Positions 27,801-42,800 of a stretch of DNA of 64,000 bases are shown one piece after another. The stretch covers positions 78,864,001 to 78,928,000 of the forward strand of contig OZ024745.1 in the NCBI GenBank assembly GCA_964016885.1. Direction: 5' to 3'. This stretch comes from Eledone cirrhosa. Lineage: Eukaryota. Made by a program: the position numbers and the translations under genes. The stretch's first letter is position 1. Every line of letters begins with the position of its first letter. The notes beneath the pieces are model-generated. The model was not told the DNA's origin and searched no databases. It saw nothing but the letters and a program-made list of their open reading frames with translations.

Positions 27801-30800
27801 TATGGTACAAGGAATGATGCAAATGACCTAGCCCTTTGCAACATTAATTTCAGGAAACCAGCCAGCCACCGTTTCACCTACAAATCAAACAAACACTTAA
27901 ACTAGATAGACTTCATACTCACCATGAAATGGTATAGACAATGAATATACTGACTAGAATCATTACTAGTAATCAATCAAAAATCTAGAGTGATCTAGAG
28001 ACAAGATTATTTGGAGAAGAAAAATATGGAAGTTGAAAGCACCGTTGACTACAATTTGCCGAAAGGTTCATATAATTGTTTCTACTTTTGGCACAAGGCC
28101 AGCAATTACCCAGTGTATTACTGGTATTTTATTTTATCGACCCTGTAAGGATGAAAGGCAAAGTTAACCTTGGCGGGATTTGAACTCAGAATGGCAAGGG
28201 TCATAACTCTATGCGTCAAAGCATGGCGTCCGACCCTCTACCGATACTGCCAATCCACCAGGTTCATATAATGATAGTCATAAAAGCTAAGTGAGTGACC
28301 TGGAAAAATTGGAATAATGGTAGCAACAAAGAAAAATATCAAGTAGCCTAGAAAGAAGAGAAGCTAGATCAAGTATACTCAAAAGAGGAGAAACCAAAAG
28401 TAGAAGGCTTGCACATATTCTGTACCATGAGGATCAGAAGTAGGAAGTGTTTCAGATTGCAAAGAAGCAGTCCTGAGTGAATTAAGATATCATTGGGGAA
28501 AATAATTACAGAATGATAGTAATGCGCATGCCATCCCTAACATTAAAAAGAAAGGTAAGAAAAGGTTTTACAAGAGGGTGATATGGGGAAAGCCTGAGAG
28601 AGAGAATGTCAACCCCAAGTAGAGTCTATAGACAGATGAGCCATTGCAGTTGATAACCATATGGTCAAAAGTACAATTAAGAATATAAAGGCACGAAAAG
28701 CAGTTGAACCATCAGTGATAATCTGGTGGTTGTTAAAAATATATATATAGAGATACACAAACAACTTGTGAAAGTCATGTACAGAGGTGTCATCAGCAAG
28801 GTAAGTGTTAATAATGAATTTAGTAATTTAGTGTGCTGGCTGGTGTGTACCAGTCCTCAGTACTTAGCCCACATCTTTATTACAGACCTCGCAACCATTT
28901 TCTCAAATGTTTTACAAATATTTTTCAACTCAGCTGATATTTTACTGCTGCTGTTGTTTAGATCATATGGCACATCTATGATCACGGACACTCCAGCCAT
29001 GACCACTTCTGTTCTTCTCTCAGACATTGTATATCTAAGACTACATTATCCAAAGTCATGCAACTAAGAAGAAGCTCCATGTAGCCAATGAAGGACACAT
29101 GGTATAGTATATATAGATATACTATGTTTGAAAAAATGATGTGATGATCATATCTGAAGCATCTTTGATCATATGTTTATTCAAGCAGGGTTAAACTGTG
29201 GCTAAACATTAAGAAAAAACAGAATTTCACCTCAATAATTTTTAAAGCCATAACTGTTTTTCCACTTCCTGTTGGTGCAGCTAAAATGCAGTTTTTTCCT
29301 AAAATGGCTTTTGAAATAAGTTCCTCTTGATATGGTCTCAATGAGAGTTGATCAGTTTCTAATTCTGCTTGTGCTTGATCTTCTATAAAAGAAAAGAGAA
29401 ATAAAGAAATTACTTTTTTTTTAAATAATTTTTTTAATTACTTTAAAATTGAAACAAAATATATATTTTCCTTTCCATAAGGTTATTTGTTGCTAACACT
29501 GTAGAGTAATGTGAAAAACTACTAAGTAAACTATGCCTGACACATTCTGTCATGTTTACTATTTTTTATATATTCTTTTACTTGTTTCAGTCATTTCAGT
29601 GACATAAAGATGGAATACAGACTAGAAGGATATCACCAACCACTTTACAGAGTGTACTGGGTGCCATTATCATATCATCAATTCTAGAAAGATCATTCCT
29701 TTGACAAAACTGAAGAGTCCTCTCAGCCATTTTTGGCATTGTTTCTATGGCTGAAAGCCCTTCCTAATACCAAACACTTTGCAGAGTTTTATCATGGCAC
29801 CTGCACTGGAGAGATTGTCAGTCATAGACTTGATTGAAAGGCCCTCACTACTCTATGAGGGGATGGGGGAATAGAGTGGGAGGTAATAAGAAAGATGATA
29901 AACATATCATAGATAAAAGTCCTCAAGGACTAGATCAAGCATGGGCAATATTTTTCGAGCATTGTACTGCATAGGATGTGGCACATCATAAGGTAGGCCA
30001 CACTACTAAAAAGAAATCAAGGCAATTTTGAATTTAGGCATACCATTCAGAAAGCTAAACGGGCCGCATGCAGTTTGCACATAACTGAACTAGATCATCA
30101 GCATACAGGAGTTCTCATAGAATGCCAGTCTGAAACTTTCCTTTCAAATCCCGCCGAGGTTAACTTTGCCTTTCATCCTTACGGGGTCGATAAAATAAAG
30201 TACCAGTCACGCACTGGGGTCGATTTAATCGACTTTCCCCTCCCCCAAATTTGCTGGCTTTGTGCCTATATAAGAAATCATTATAGCCTGGATAAAAGTG
30301 ATAAACAGAAGTAGACTGAAGACTCGGTCCTGGTGGACTCCTACCTGCACTTCAAAATCATCACTGTACTCATTGCCAACTCTCAACTTACTCGTTGCAC
30401 CATTATACACAGTTTGCACAGATATAGAGCTCCTGTTCTATCTAAACTTTACAATTACCCTGCTGATTCTTGCTTACCATTTTATTGGAAATCCTCTTCT
30501 ATTGTTCTAGTTTTTAAGAACACTGGAGAATTGCCTGGTCCTTCTAACTATCACCTTATTAGTCTTCTGTCACTTTTTGGCAAAATATTTGAGACTTTCA
30601 TCAATTCTGAGTTGGTTAAGCACCATACCTCATTGGATCTTATTTCAGATAAACAATATGGCTTTTTTTTCTCATATTCTCTTAACAGCTGTTTCCGAGA
30701 GAGTCTGTTGTGCATTAGATAAATCTGGTGAAGCTAAGGCTATTGTCAGAAGATATTTCTAAGGGTTTTAACAGGGTTTGATACACTGGTCTCCTTCGTC

Positions 30801-33800
30801 AATTAAGAGGTTATAGTGTTTCTGGATAGATTTTCAAACTGAGTCTTTCTTTTAAATTCATGAACTGTAGGTTGACTTGAATGACCAGTCTTCTGGGTTT
30901 TTCTACATTAATGCAGGTGTCCCTTAGTGTCCTGGAGCCTGTACTGTGCTTAATCTTCATCAATGACTTTCCGGATTACATATTTTCTCAGCTTGGTATC
31001 TATGCTGATGACACAGCATAGATACCAAGGTTAACGCCGAGGTTAGCTTTGCCTTTCATCCTTACGGGGTCGATAAAATAAAGTACCAGTAATACACTGG
31101 GATAATTGCTGGCCTTGTGCCAAAAGTAGAAACAATTATTTAATCTTGTTTGATAAGTTTGATAAAGTTGAATAGGCAGAGAAGGATTTCAAATGCCACT
31201 TCTAAAAGCTTTCATGGACGATACTACAGTCCTTTCCATAAAGAAAGATGAGACACAAAATACAGAAACAGTTGCTAAGGTAGCTGCATCTTCTAGAATG
31301 AGGTTCAAACCAAAGAAATCCCCAAATCTCTCTCTGTGGATGGGGCAAGTAGCAGGAACAGTTGTGTTCATTGTAGCCAACCAAACCATTCCAACAGTAA
31401 CAGAGAAACTAGCCAAAATCCTTGTGGAGGTGGGATGATGACACTTTGAAAGATACAAAAAGGTTTCACTAATGTTGCACTTTACTGTTGCCAAGCCAAG
31501 CTGAAGCTACATCTCAAGCCCATCATTGAGGAGTACAAAGTTGGAAAAGCAAGGCTCATGAGCATGCCAACATGGAAAGGAGAAGTAAAATGATGATGAT
31601 GGTGGTGGTTTCAAATTTACTTCCACACCAACATCAAATATCACCGAACTAAAAGCAAACATTTAAAGCTTAATCAGTACCTCAACTTGTGAGAATGTTT
31701 CAACAATAGGAATGAAGATAATTCCATTATCAGAAATAAATCCAATTTCACTCTGTATAGAGGAAGAGATACCTATATTGATACCTATATTGATACAATG
31801 TCTTAATTTACCATTAGTACATATAAACACAAGCAAAACCTTCTAAAGAAAAAAACCTACACACATTGAAAAGCAATTCAATTATTCTAAAAGAAGCTGA
31901 CATTGTCATTTCAGATAAAGACTTTTACAAAAATAAAATACTCCAACTAATGGATAAAATTTATTGGGATGAAATTTATTACAAGGATGAAACAAGAAAT
32001 CTGGACAAAACAACTTGAAACAAAATAAAATCAAAGATTCATAAAAGCTCGAAATACAGAATGCTATTAATGAACAAATTAACCAATACATAAAAGTACT
32101 GAAACCAGCTAATGACAATTTTTTCCAGCTCTAATCCTACCTATCACATTTTCAGTGCATCTTCCACCACTGTTAATTTAATTGCCTAAGTAATAAAAGC
32201 TGTTGACAAGTTCTAAGGAGCCTCTCTGGCAGCTGAAGGAACCTACTTCACATGAGTTCTTAGAGCTTACTTCTCTTGTGCATCTTCCACATACCAAGTC
32301 TATCTTTTCTGTTAATCTGCCTGCAATCCAACTACATCTCTTGTGTGCACCTTATAGAATTTCTGCCCACCCTTTTCTTGAACAAGGCCATTTCCCAGAT
32401 GGCATCACCCTCCTGTCCTCTTTCCTATTTATTAGCACTTTTGTCTTTGCTAAATTTAGTTTTAAGCTTTTCAATTCTAGGTTCTTCTTCCATGTTTGAA
32501 ATTTTGTCTCTTACTCTCCTACGGATTTAGCTATTGGAACTAGGTCATCAGAATATAAGAGCTCCCAGAGAGTGCCAGTTGTAAACTCCTCAGTGATAAA
32601 CAGGAGTGGACTGATGACTGAGTTCTGGTGGATGCCCACCTGCACTTTAAATTCATTACTGTACTCGCTTCCAACCATTACCTTGCTGGTTGCACAGCCC
32701 TTACAAGCCATTCATCTACACATAGCTTCCTAAGTGTCCACCAGAGTGTGGTATCCTGTTAACACCTTCTCCATATCTACAAACATTAGATACAGAAGCT
32801 TACTCTTAGCTAAATACCTCTCCTGTAGTTGTCTCCCTATAAAGAGTGCATCAGTCGTACCCCTACTGAGCATAAATCCAAACTGCATCTCATCTAACTT
32901 GATTATGTCCCTAATTGGTTGTGCTATAACACTTTCAGCAATATTCGTGATCTGGTCCATCAACTTGATACTGCTGTAGTTACTTCTCTCTAATACATCT
33001 CCCGTGTCCTTGTAGCAATTTACAATGATACTGCTGCACCAATCATTAATTATGAAGCCTTCTTGTACTACTTGTTTAAATATGCATCTGACTAGCACAT
33101 ATCCTACCATGCCAGATGATTTTTGCATCTCGGATTCTATACCAAATGGTTCAGCTGCCTTCCCTACCTTCATGTCCTTAATTGCTTTAATAGTAGGAGA
33201 GCCCATATAAAAGAGAGAAAGTAAAAACAAAAAAAAATCACAAGAGTAAAAGTAAGTAAAGAGTGTGTGTGTGTGTAAAAGGTAAACAGAAATAACAAAA
33301 ATAACAAAACAAATGGCACAGTACAGGGAAGAAGATAGAGTTAGAAATAGAAGATAAATAGAAAGTAAAGAATGGGGAAAATGAGAAAAAAAAATGTAGA
33401 GAAAAAAACACGTTTATCAGTTGGTGTTATTTTTTAAGAAATTTTCATAGGGATTAAAATTTCAATCTCTGAAAGATTGATTAGTTTGGAGTTGAAAAAT
33501 GTCAAAATTGTCTGAATAATCTTTATTCTATGAAAATTCATTTAAATATTGCTAAATTTAGTAAATGTAGTTTTTTTATTTTTACCATTATCAGAAGCAG
33601 AATCGGTTTCCAAATTGTTGGAGAAATTGCTGTCACCTTTCCCATTTGATATAAAATCAGGGTCAATTTTATTAACTATATCAGCCTGATTGTTTTCTAT
33701 GAGTATTTTAAAGAAACTTTTATACCACATATCTTTCTTTAGTGGAACTCTTTCCAAGAGACATTCTGCAGCTAGAAGATGTGATCTTTCATTCAAAGAC

Positions 33801-36800
33801 TCAATTTCTTTTTTGTCGTTCTGATTAATAAGTTTTGCTCTAGTGAGAGGTTCCAAAATGTCGTTAACCATTATATCTTTTTTAAGATCAATCTGTGTTG
33901 CCAGTAAATTTTTATAATGTCTATTATTTTTTTCATTTTTTGCTTCTTGTGCCAGCTTCAAACAAATTTGTTCATAACCTGAAAATAGAAAGGGAATCAT
34001 ACTTTAGTGAAATAGTCAATGAGATCTTTAAACCAATATTGTGCTTTCAAATTCTATATCAAAGGCATTACATGAATTTTTTTTTTTTTTTCTCGTAGCT
34101 GCTGCACTTTATTCCTTTTATCAATGTTATAGATAAAAGATCATATGTAGAAATTCTTATTTATTTCTTTACATTTTTAATTCTATCCTGTTATTTTTCG
34201 AACTTGTACTTTTTGGCAAGTGACTCAATCTGAGTGGGCGTTCACCAGAACTCAGTCATCAGTCCACACCTGTTTATCACTGAGGAGTTTACAACTGGTA
34301 CTCTCTGGGGGTTCTTATATGCTGATGACCTAGTCCCGACATTTTAATCAATTAATAACAATAACATAACTGTTATGTTCAATTTTTGTTCATTTCTTGC
34401 AGTGTCAACATTTTCACTGCAACTCTACGAACTGGTCAGCAACACAATTCCTTTGTATCTGTTACAAATCATTTATTGAGAAACTTTTATAAGCAGTGAT
34501 GGGGGAGAGGGGCTTTACTTTTCTGTTCACTTTTTGCTTTTTTTTTCTGCTAAACTTTTGACATGGGCTGCAGTTGTTGAGACTTGCCTTCCTCCAATGG
34601 GTGTTTTCATGAAGGGTCAATCAAGTTTAAGTTCAATTCCTATGTTACCTCTCTATATCTCTCTTGTATATTTTACTATCACTACTAGCAGAAAAACCGC
34701 CATACGGGCGGTTTTCTGCTAGCGTATGTAGTGTGCATATTGGTATTATATGCAAATATATATACATATATGGAAAAAAAGGAAATTTCAGTTAGTACGG
34801 CTGATACTTAAATATAAGTATGTATATGTACATACATATATGTATACAGTAGTAAGTATATACATACATACATGCACACATATATATATATATGTACGTA
34901 TGGGTTTACCGAACATTTATTATAATGCTCGGTTTGTTTGTAAACAAACAGCCCGAATTAAGCCGTAACAGTGTTCGGCAACCATCGTTGTCCTTTTGTT
35001 CAACAAAGGAACGATGAACTAGTTTCTAGCTTATTAGCTGTCATCAGCACCATGTACCTTCCTGTCAGTCGATTGAACGTTTGAAAGTATATACTTTCCT
35101 TATGCATATTAACGGCTAATTTGCATATCGAGTGAGTTAGTTGGCCAGGCGTACCGAAAATGATAAATGAAAAAAAATGAAATTTCATTTCTCACTCCAA
35201 GAGTGAGAAATGAATTTCCACTAACTCACTCGATATGCAAATTAGGCTGCTCAGCCGTTAATATGCATAAGGAAAGTATATACTTTCAAACGTTCAATCA
35301 ACTGACATAAATGTACATGGTGCTGATGACAGCTAGTAAGCTAGAAACTAGTTCATCGTTCCTTTATCACGGTTGAACAAAAGGACAACAATGGTTGCCG
35401 AACACTGTTACGGCTTAATTCGGGCTGTTTGTTTACAAACAAACCGAACATTATAATAAATGTTCGGTAAACCCATACGTACATATACATATATGTGTGC
35501 ATATATGTATGTATATACATACTACTGTACGTCTGTATACATATATGTATGTATGTATACATACTTATATATACATAAAAATATAAATTAGCGAGAATCG
35601 TATTTCGGCTTTGGAATTAGCGAAAAACAACTTCCGAGATGTGTGGCAAGCGCTCAATAATTCTGATGAACCAGAGCTACAACATACGTTAAAGGCCAAA
35701 CACACTGAGACGATGGTTAAACCGTCATCCGCACAACCATAGAAACGACCAAGTAATTCGGGTCAAACAAATAAAAAAATATGTGATTGAAAAATTTACC
35801 CGGACCCCTGGATGGTTGGTAAAATCCAGCATTTGGGTTTCTGCAACTCCTAAATCAAGTATTGTCCGCTTAGACAAATAATGTTAGGCTTCTGGTAAGA
35901 TAATTGAACAAGGAAGTCACTTTCTCAACAGGTTTTAGTTCAAGTGCCAGGAAATATATATATATGTAAATTGAAAAGTAAATTGACAATATCTTCTTCT
36001 TCACCCACTTATTTCTGAGAGGGTCGTGAGGGCAGAGTCCTTCTCAAACACTCCTTCCATCGAGTCTGTCAGTAGCATGGGTCTCTTGCTGGTTGGTTTT
36101 GCCAGTAAAATCTGTCCAGCAATTATTTACTGAGACATTCTAACCACATGCTCATAATATCGAAGTTGTGATCTCTCAATTCGGAGAAGTAGCGACTCTA
36201 CCAGGAGTGACTCTCTGGTCTGAGCTGTGCACTTTATCGAGTAACATTACTCCAAAGACCCTTCAAAAGAATCCCATTTCTGCCACTTTTATTTGCAATT
36301 GTATTCTTTTAGTCATTACTCAAGATTCATGATCCTCAGTAAAAGTTGGCAGAAATAACAGGAAGACAGCGAGTTTGGCTTTTACACCTAAACCCCCCCC
36401 CCCCTCATCTGATTGCTGAATGCTGAGGCTGGCACATTACTGCATCAGCTTTTGCAATTCTTGCACTTAATTCAGCCTCCTGCATTCCATCACTCATGAA
36501 CACGGCCCCAAGATACTTGAATTTCTCTAACTGCTTCAGTAGAACTCCATTCACATTTATATAAATTTGAGGGACTTCTGTCCACCCGTCCATCATGCAA
36601 TGTGTATGTGTGTTTGTGTGAATGTATGTGTGTGTAAAAGGAAGGAAAGGGATACATACATATACATGTCTAACTTAAAAACAGTGACACAACGTGTCTC
36701 TAATTTAAGAACGCCGACAAACTCACGCACGCACACATACAAAAACAGTGTCTTATTACCACTTAAGAGCTTTGGCCCGGGCAAACATCCCCTCAATTTT

Positions 36801-39800
36801 GGAACCATCTGGGTTGTCCTGAGTTGATGGGAAAAGACTTGATGGTCTTACTCTGTGCTCCTGGTCAAGAGGCAGGTACCTTATCTGGGACGTCACAGTT
36901 AGTGACTCTTTTGCTTCTTCCCACATTCTGGATGCAGCGAGAGCTACAGCATCCGCAGCTGAACGGAACAAAATTCTAAAATACCGTGTTCTGTCAACTA
37001 ACTACATTATCCAGCCTGTGGCATTCAAGACATTTGGGGAAGTCGGGCTACTGACAGCGAGATTCTTATCTTCACTGGTGTCTCGCCAAATAGAGGTAAC
37101 TGGTGATGCTCATGAGGGCTCTTGGTTGTTCCAGCACCTCAGTCTCGCCATCACCCAAGGTAACACTGCGAGTGTGCTGGCATGCCTCAAAAATTATTAG
37201 AGAGGTTTCCTAGTGCTTCTCGGTATATTGTTATCTTTTGCTCTGGTAGCAGCTCGTTTTCCACTCTTTCGTCTGCATTTTGTTCTATGTGGTCTAAGAT
37301 GTGTGTATTACGTACTTGTGTATTTTTTCTCTTTCTTTTTTCCTTTGTATATATTATATTGAATTGGCAGTATTGGTAGAGGGTCGGACGCCATGCTTTC
37401 CAGCATAGTTACATCCCTTTACAGTCTGAGTTCAAATCCTGTCGAGATTAACTTTGCCTTTCATCCTTACGGGGTCGATAAAATAAAGTACCAGTAATGC
37501 ACTGGGATAATTGCTGGCCTTGTGCCAAAAGTAGAAACAATTATTAAAAAGGTGGTGGATTAACAGTATCGGTAGAGGCTTGGATACCATGCTTTGCAGC
37601 ATAGAGTTACGGCCCTTTATGATCTGAGTTCAAATCCCACCGAGGTTAACTTTGCCTTTTATCCTTACAGGGTCAATAAAATAAAGTACCAGTAATACAC
37701 TGGGATAATTGTTGGCCTTGTGCCAAAAGTAGAAACAATTATATTTGTTAGTGTTTTCGTTCTGTAACCATTATATTAAATGAGTTTTAAAAAAAAGAGT
37801 TAATAAATAAAGAGTTAATAAATAAATAAAACATTATACTTGTTTTACCTTCCCATTTCCAATTCACTGAACGCTATCATGACTGTATGTGTTTGTTTGT
37901 GTAAATGTATGTGTGAATGTATGTATGCTTGTGTGAATGTATGTGTATTTGTGTGAATGTCTGTGAGCGTGTATTCTTATAAGATTGTGTTTGCACGATT
38001 ATAGTTATATCCTCATAATAGTTATATACTCATACATATAGATGTATGTATGTGCACACTTATATGCGTGAGCATGTAGAAAATGATAATCTCTCTATCT
38101 ATATATATATATGGTAGTTGAAGTGGTGGTGGTGGTGACGATATACCGGAAGTGTAGAAATGTGAATGAAACTTTGAAAAGAAGTCAATTTTAAATTATT
38201 TATGTTTACAAAATTTAGTTTCGAAATTTAGGACATAAATTATGTAATATTCATTCATTATTTATTCAAAGTAGGACGGTGGATTGGCAGTATCGGTAGA
38301 GGGTCGGACGCCATGCTTTCCAGCATAGTTACGTCCCTTTACGATCTGAGTTCAAATCCCGCCGAGGTTGACTTTGCCTTTCATCCTTACGGGGTTGATA
38401 AAATAAAGTACCAGTAATGCACTGGGTAATTGCTGGCCTTGTGCCTAAAGTAGAAACAATTATTTATTCAAAGTAATCCAACTTATTTTACTAACGGGAT
38501 TAAAAGAACTGTACTACTAAATGAGGAGAATAAGTGGGAAAAAGATAGTCTGCCCCAAATCAATCCAATAAAGGGACTAGCAGTGCAAATTGAAGGTAGT
38601 ATAATAAGTAAGGCAATCAAATATATGAAGATAGGCAAAGCAGCTGGGCCTTCGGAGATAGTTGCTGAAATGCTGAAAGCATCTGGATCAGTGGGACATA
38701 CTATGGTCACCCGGATAATAAACCAAGTCATACAGAATAGGGTCATACCAAATGACTGGCGGAGCAGCATCATCTTTAACTGCTACAAGGGTAAAGGAGA
38801 TGCCCTAGATAGGGGAAATTACAGAGGCATTAAATTAATTGACCAGATCATGAAGGTCACAGAAAGAGTTATAGCGCAACTAATCAGAGAGCGAATTGAT
38901 CTAGATGAAATGCAGTTTGGGTTTGTGTCAGTACCACAGACACTCTTTTCCTTGTACGACAACTACAGAAGAAGTACCTAGCTAAAAGTAAACCCCTATA
39001 CTTAGCTTTTGTTGACTTGGAGAAAGCCTTTGACAGAGTCCCTTGCTCCATTATCTGGTGGGCTCTTAGAAAACAAGGTCTTGATGAATGACTTGTGAGA
39101 GCTATACAAGCCATGTATAACGAAACAGTCAGCAAGGTTAGAATTAACAACGAATATAATGAAGAATTTAGCGTAAAAGTTGGTGTTCATCAGGGCTCTG
39201 TCCTTAGCCCCCTACTATTTATTATTGCCCTTCAGGCTATAACAGGAGTTCAAGACCGGCTGCCCATGGGAACTTCTATATATGCAGATGATCTAACGCT
39301 CATAGCCGAATCAATGGCTGAACTAGAGAAGAAATTCCAAACATAGAAGCATGACCTAGAACCAAAAGGCCTTAAAATTAACTTGTCTAAGACTAAAGTT
39401 CAAGTATGTAGGAAGGAAAATAGGGCACTGGTCCCATCTGGGAAATGGCCATGTTCAGTGTGTAGGAAAGGAATAGGCAGAAACTCCATTTTATGTCCCA
39501 AATGCAAAGTATGGGTGCATAAAAGATGTAGTGGGATCACAGGTAAGCTAACTAAGAATATAGATTTTATATGTGGCTGGTGCTCAGGTGCAATAAGTAG
39601 CAGCAAATGCCCACAGAATACTAGCTCATTCCATTGCCCAGATGGTTAAATAGTGGACACCTTCCGTTACCTGGGTGACAAAATAAGCAGTTGTGGAGGG
39701 TGCTCCGAAAGTACTGTAGCTAGAGTCAGAACGGGATGTAAAAAATTCAGAGAGCTTATACCACTATTGGCCGCTAAAGGTTTCTTTCTAAAAATGAAAG

Positions 39801-42800
39801 GCAGCTGTATGATGCCTGCATACGAACAGCGATGTTACATGACAGTGAGACATGGGCATTGTGTGCAGAGGATCTGCACAGACTGGAGATGAACGAAGCT
39901 TGCATGCTCCGTTGGATGTGTAATAGTAATATACATGAACGGCAAAGCATAAATGAACTAAGTGAGAAATTAGGAATAAGAGGGATCAGATGCTGTTTAC
40001 TCGAGAGAAGACTATGTTGGTATGGTCACGTGATGCGCATGAAAGACGACAGCTGTATAAAAACATGCAAGGCGATCAAAATAGACGGTAGCTACAGAGT
40101 AGGCAGACCCAGAAAAACCTGGGACGACTTGATTAATTCCAACCTCACACACTTACACCTTTCCAAGAAAATGTCACTGGACCGAGATCTTTGGCGCTAC
40201 GCAGTAATACAGAAGACCCGCCTTGCCTAAGTACAAAGCGAAACCTACAGTCAGTAGGCACCTCTTAACCAAAATACACCCCCGTCCCACTACCCCTACC
40301 CCCACCGCCATCTACACCACCCCTTTCGATGTAAAGCTATGTTGGAACCACAACATCCAGTCCTAAATAAATGAGGTCATGTAGGTGTCACGAAAAAAAA
40401 ACACAGTCCACGCTGTAATGTGGTCGTGTAGGTAACACAGTAAAAACCTCCCAGTCCACACTGTAAACGTGGTTGGTGTTAGGAAGGGCATCCAGCCGTA
40501 GAAAACTCGCCAGACAGTCCTGAGCAAAACAACCAATCTTGCCTCAAGTGGGACAATTCCCGTCCAAACCTATGCTAGCGTGGAAGATGGACGTTAAACG
40601 ATGATGATGATGATGATGATGATGAACACAATTAAATGTCTTATCCACAGACACAATGAAATGTTCACAGTGTTACCTCCAGTTAGTCAATATGACTTAC
40701 TGAAACATCTTAAATTCAAAATGCATATCCAGCACTGAATTGAAATACTTAACTCTAAGTTGATCCAGTTAACTTAAATGTAAATTAGATTAAATTGGCA
40801 CTATTGAGTAGGAAGGACTGTAAACTAATGAACATTTCTATAGTACACATTACACGAACCTAAAGTCTTCAGTGGTGTTCCTGTAACCCAATGAATTCTG
40901 GGACTCGTTAGTCAGCTATCTTTCATGATCAATTGATTCTTTTTTTCAAATACCACTTTGGAAGAAGAATCAGGATGGAGAGAGAGGTGCTGTACCCCAG
41001 CAAGTTTTATGAAAGGTGGGTGGAAGTGGCGAGAATGGCCCAAGTGAATGGGCCTTCTCTCTATATCAGCCTGTAGGTTGAGGAAAAGCAGGAGAGGAAA
41101 GGACTACAAAGTCTTCGTACTCTTGGAGATGTGGGTTGCACATTTTTTCGGGGGTATGTGTTACCCATATAAACTGTCTCCCCCTATTGGGGAAAATCGA
41201 CTAACTTTTTAAATTGCAATAACATTTTACACGTTTTTTATTGTATGTAAACTTCCCCCTTTGTATTTGTCCCCTTCTTTTGTGCCCCTGTGGCTAATAA
41301 AGAAACATATCTTTCATGATCAATTATTGTATAGTAATTTCTATGCCTTATATCACTAAGCCACATTTTCCCTATTGACATCAACCTATAGAAATGCAAA
41401 GTGAACATTAATCAGAACAGTCCTGGAGGAGCCACTAATGAAATGAATACTGCACTAGCTTCTCAGATTAAAATGTAAAAAACAAAAAAGAAAATTACTT
41501 TACCAGCATCTGAAAGAACTTGGTACAAGGATTGATTCTTTCCTACATAATCGCTCTTTTCAAATAAGTCCATAATTTTTTCTATATTATTTCTATTTTC
41601 AGTAAATCCAATATGGTTTTTAGGCAACTCTGCAATAAAATAAAATTTAAAAATTAGTATTAACAATGATAATAAAACTCTACAAAAATATGCAATATAG
41701 GGCAAAATAAGTAGGTTAACTCAAGCCTTCAGAGTGAAATTGGGTAGACAGAAACTGTTTGGCTGCAGCTGGCTTCTCATCACAACTGGAGCCAGCAAGC
41801 GCTCCGATAGAGTTACCCTCTTCCCATTCGAAAGAGGTAAATCCCTCATCTGGGATGCCACATATTGTGATACATTCTCTGCCTCCAACTTAATCGGTTC
41901 GGCCACAAACCCGGATACTTGTTGCCATGGGTATAGCTGGCTATTGTCAATGGAAATGTCTTTGCAGTTTTGTCTGCGGGGTACAGCCCAAACACCTCCC
42001 CATACTAGGCCCAGAGCCCATCAACCTCTCCCCTTCTCCCCTCCCTTTCTTCTGTGGCCCAAGACTCCTTGCTTTTTCCCTCTTTTTCATATCTACATAA
42101 TTATCATTTCTTTTAAGCCAACTTTGTGAGTTTAATTTGAATAATATTATTGGGTTCACTGACCCAGTAATTCAAAGATCCAGGCCTTATTACACATTTT
42201 GTCACACTAAATCTCCCCATGAATTATACCAGAGGATTAACTAACTCTAAAGCAGACCCTTCTGCTTAACATAAAGAATGAACATCTTTGACAACATGAC
42301 CACTTACATCAACAATGTAAACACTCATATGACCAACCACATCGCCAATCAAAGATGCCCAACATTTTTAAACACCCTCACCCCCATTCCATTTCATTAC
42401 TTAAGGTTTAACAATGACTGGCATCATCAGTCCCCTTACCAATAAAAACAAACTTTATAAACTTTTCAGATAATTGTGTATTGAGCACTTTATATTTTTT
42501 CATTTGCATATATTGCAAGACTTATGCATGTTTATTATACATAAACATATTATATATGCCTTCATATGCACCCCTATTATAAATCAGGTTAAGTTAATGT
42601 TACTACTAATTAATCCTAGCCAATCAAGCTTGCATTATATGCAAATGAGCATCCCCAGCTGATGTTTCATATGCAAAAAGATATATAAGCTATAGCTTAT
42701 TCTTGTCTCAGTACCAAGTGAGTAAGTATCACCTGTCTGGCATTCTCACACAGATATTGAGATAGCTGTGACATGATCACAGCTTAAAATATTCATTGTG

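Noticed and set aside
20795-29382. Dicer or FANCM helicase identity
   Set aside because: The DECH helicase is preceded by CARD-like exons and carries RLR-type motifs (HPYN, LPQVIGLTA.VG, CANMD).
38275-38365. tRNA gene
   Set aside because: A and B boxes are present, but the sequence continues into a multi-copy SINE body.
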